This document shows, piece by piece, positions 63,517-64,000 of a stretch of DNA of 64,000 nt. The stretch spans positions 12,784 to 76,783 of the forward strand of contig CAZVLL010000012.1 in the NCBI GenBank assembly GCA_964628025.1, given 5' to 3'. The DNA is from an uncultured Syntrophaceae bacterium (GTDB taxonomy: Bacteria > Desulfobacterota > Syntrophia > Syntrophales > UBA2192). The position numbers and the translations under genes are program-made. The stretch's first letter is position 1. Each line of letters begins with the position of its first letter. The notes beneath the pieces were generated by a model. The model was not told the origin of the DNA and made no database searches. It saw only the letters and a program-made list of their open reading frames with translations.

Positions 63517-63972
63517 TCAGCTTTTCTTCAATGACAGATTGCCGGAGCGGGAGAAAGGAAACGTGCGGTCGAAGAGGCCGGCCTTCACAAGGGCCTTGCC
63601 CTCGATCCGATAGGGCAACTCCTGGCCGGTGATATAACTTTGTGCGATGGCCCCCAGGCTACCGAAACGGGCCGTCACGGGAATCTCGACCGGGGCCGAG
63701 GAGGAGGGGGGAACGGAAATTTCCTTCTTCAACGAGCCGCCGCCCATCTCGCGGTCGTTGATGTAAAGGATGTAGTCGAGAGTCTTCAGGCGCAGTTCAT
63801 AGGAGTTCGGGTTCTGGATCTCGGCAACAAAGACGAGTGACGCGTCGGTAAGGGAAAGCTGCTGGATGTGGACCTCTTTCAGGGTGAGGGTGGGCTCCTC
63901 GAAGAAAAGCCCGGCGCACCCCGCAACCATCAACATGCCCGATAGGAGTATCGTCGCGTTTCGTCGATGCAT
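63517..63972 (-). CDS. LEA type 2 (WHy domain) lipoprotein
   Basis: Lipobox VAGC; IQNPNSYEL.L..LDY.L.IN...GG...Y.IEG. Confidence 0.88.
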   Translation of the reverse strand: MHRRNATILLSGMLMVAGCAGLFFEEPTLTLKEVHIQQLSLTDASLVFVAEIQNPNSYELRLKTLDYILYINDREMGGGSLKKEISVPPSSSAPVEIPVTARFGSLGAIAQSYITGQELPYRIEGKALVKAGLFDRTFPFSRSGNLSLKKS

Positions 63973-64000
63973 GGAAACCCCTCCGCGCTTCTTCTATGTG

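Noticed and set aside
1-64000. tRNA (including selC), rRNA, CRISPR arrays, transposases, integrases and prophage genes
   Set aside because: No cloverleaf or T-loop context, regularly spaced repeats or mobile-element motifs found by eye. A tRNAscan/Infernal run would be the definitive check.

Overview
This is a GC-rich (about 60%) chromosomal segment, probably from an anaerobic deltaproteobacterium (Syntrophales/Desulfobacterota-like). That assignment is inferred from gene content only. I found no rRNA, tRNA, CRISPR array or transposase. Contents, left to right: (1) a complete type II secretion operon on the minus strand (gspG-D-E-F-H-I-J-K-L-M-C); (2) an orphan membrane PAS histidine kinase, an Hsp20-like ORF, mgtA, and a TMEM165/GDT1 Mn exporter under a clear yybP-ykoY riboswitch; (3) a catabolic cluster with two beta-keto-acid cleavage enzyme (BKACE) paralogs, two dehydrogenases, a Liv-type ABC importer, an XRE-cupin regulator and a CoA-transferase; (4) an ExeA-like ATPase, an orphan TRAP binding protein, and an AT-rich gene pair including an apparent stand-alone GspE N-terminal domain; (5) envelope and stress genes, a B12-binding domain lacking its His ligand, and an MgtE-N/CBS + NRAMP(NRMT-type) + CDF operon; (6) a tight fabH-ACP-phaC-fabD operon behind a sigma54-type promoter; (7) a glk/tkt/pgi/rpiA operon interleaved with TIGR04283-like, TVP38 and disulfide-reductase genes; (8) a rhodanese gene whose in-frame TGA (C-A-U motif plus SECIS-like hairpin) reads into a patatin hydrolase, followed by a divergent PEP carboxykinase, a methyltransferase, a beta-CASP MBL hydrolase and a LEA_2 lipoprotein. 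The two best candidates for undescribed biology are a PHA synthase embedded in a dedicated ACP-based initiation module (an ACP-fed polyester pathway) and a selenocysteine-rhodanese::patatin fusion that may make a possible PHA depolymerase selenium-dependent.
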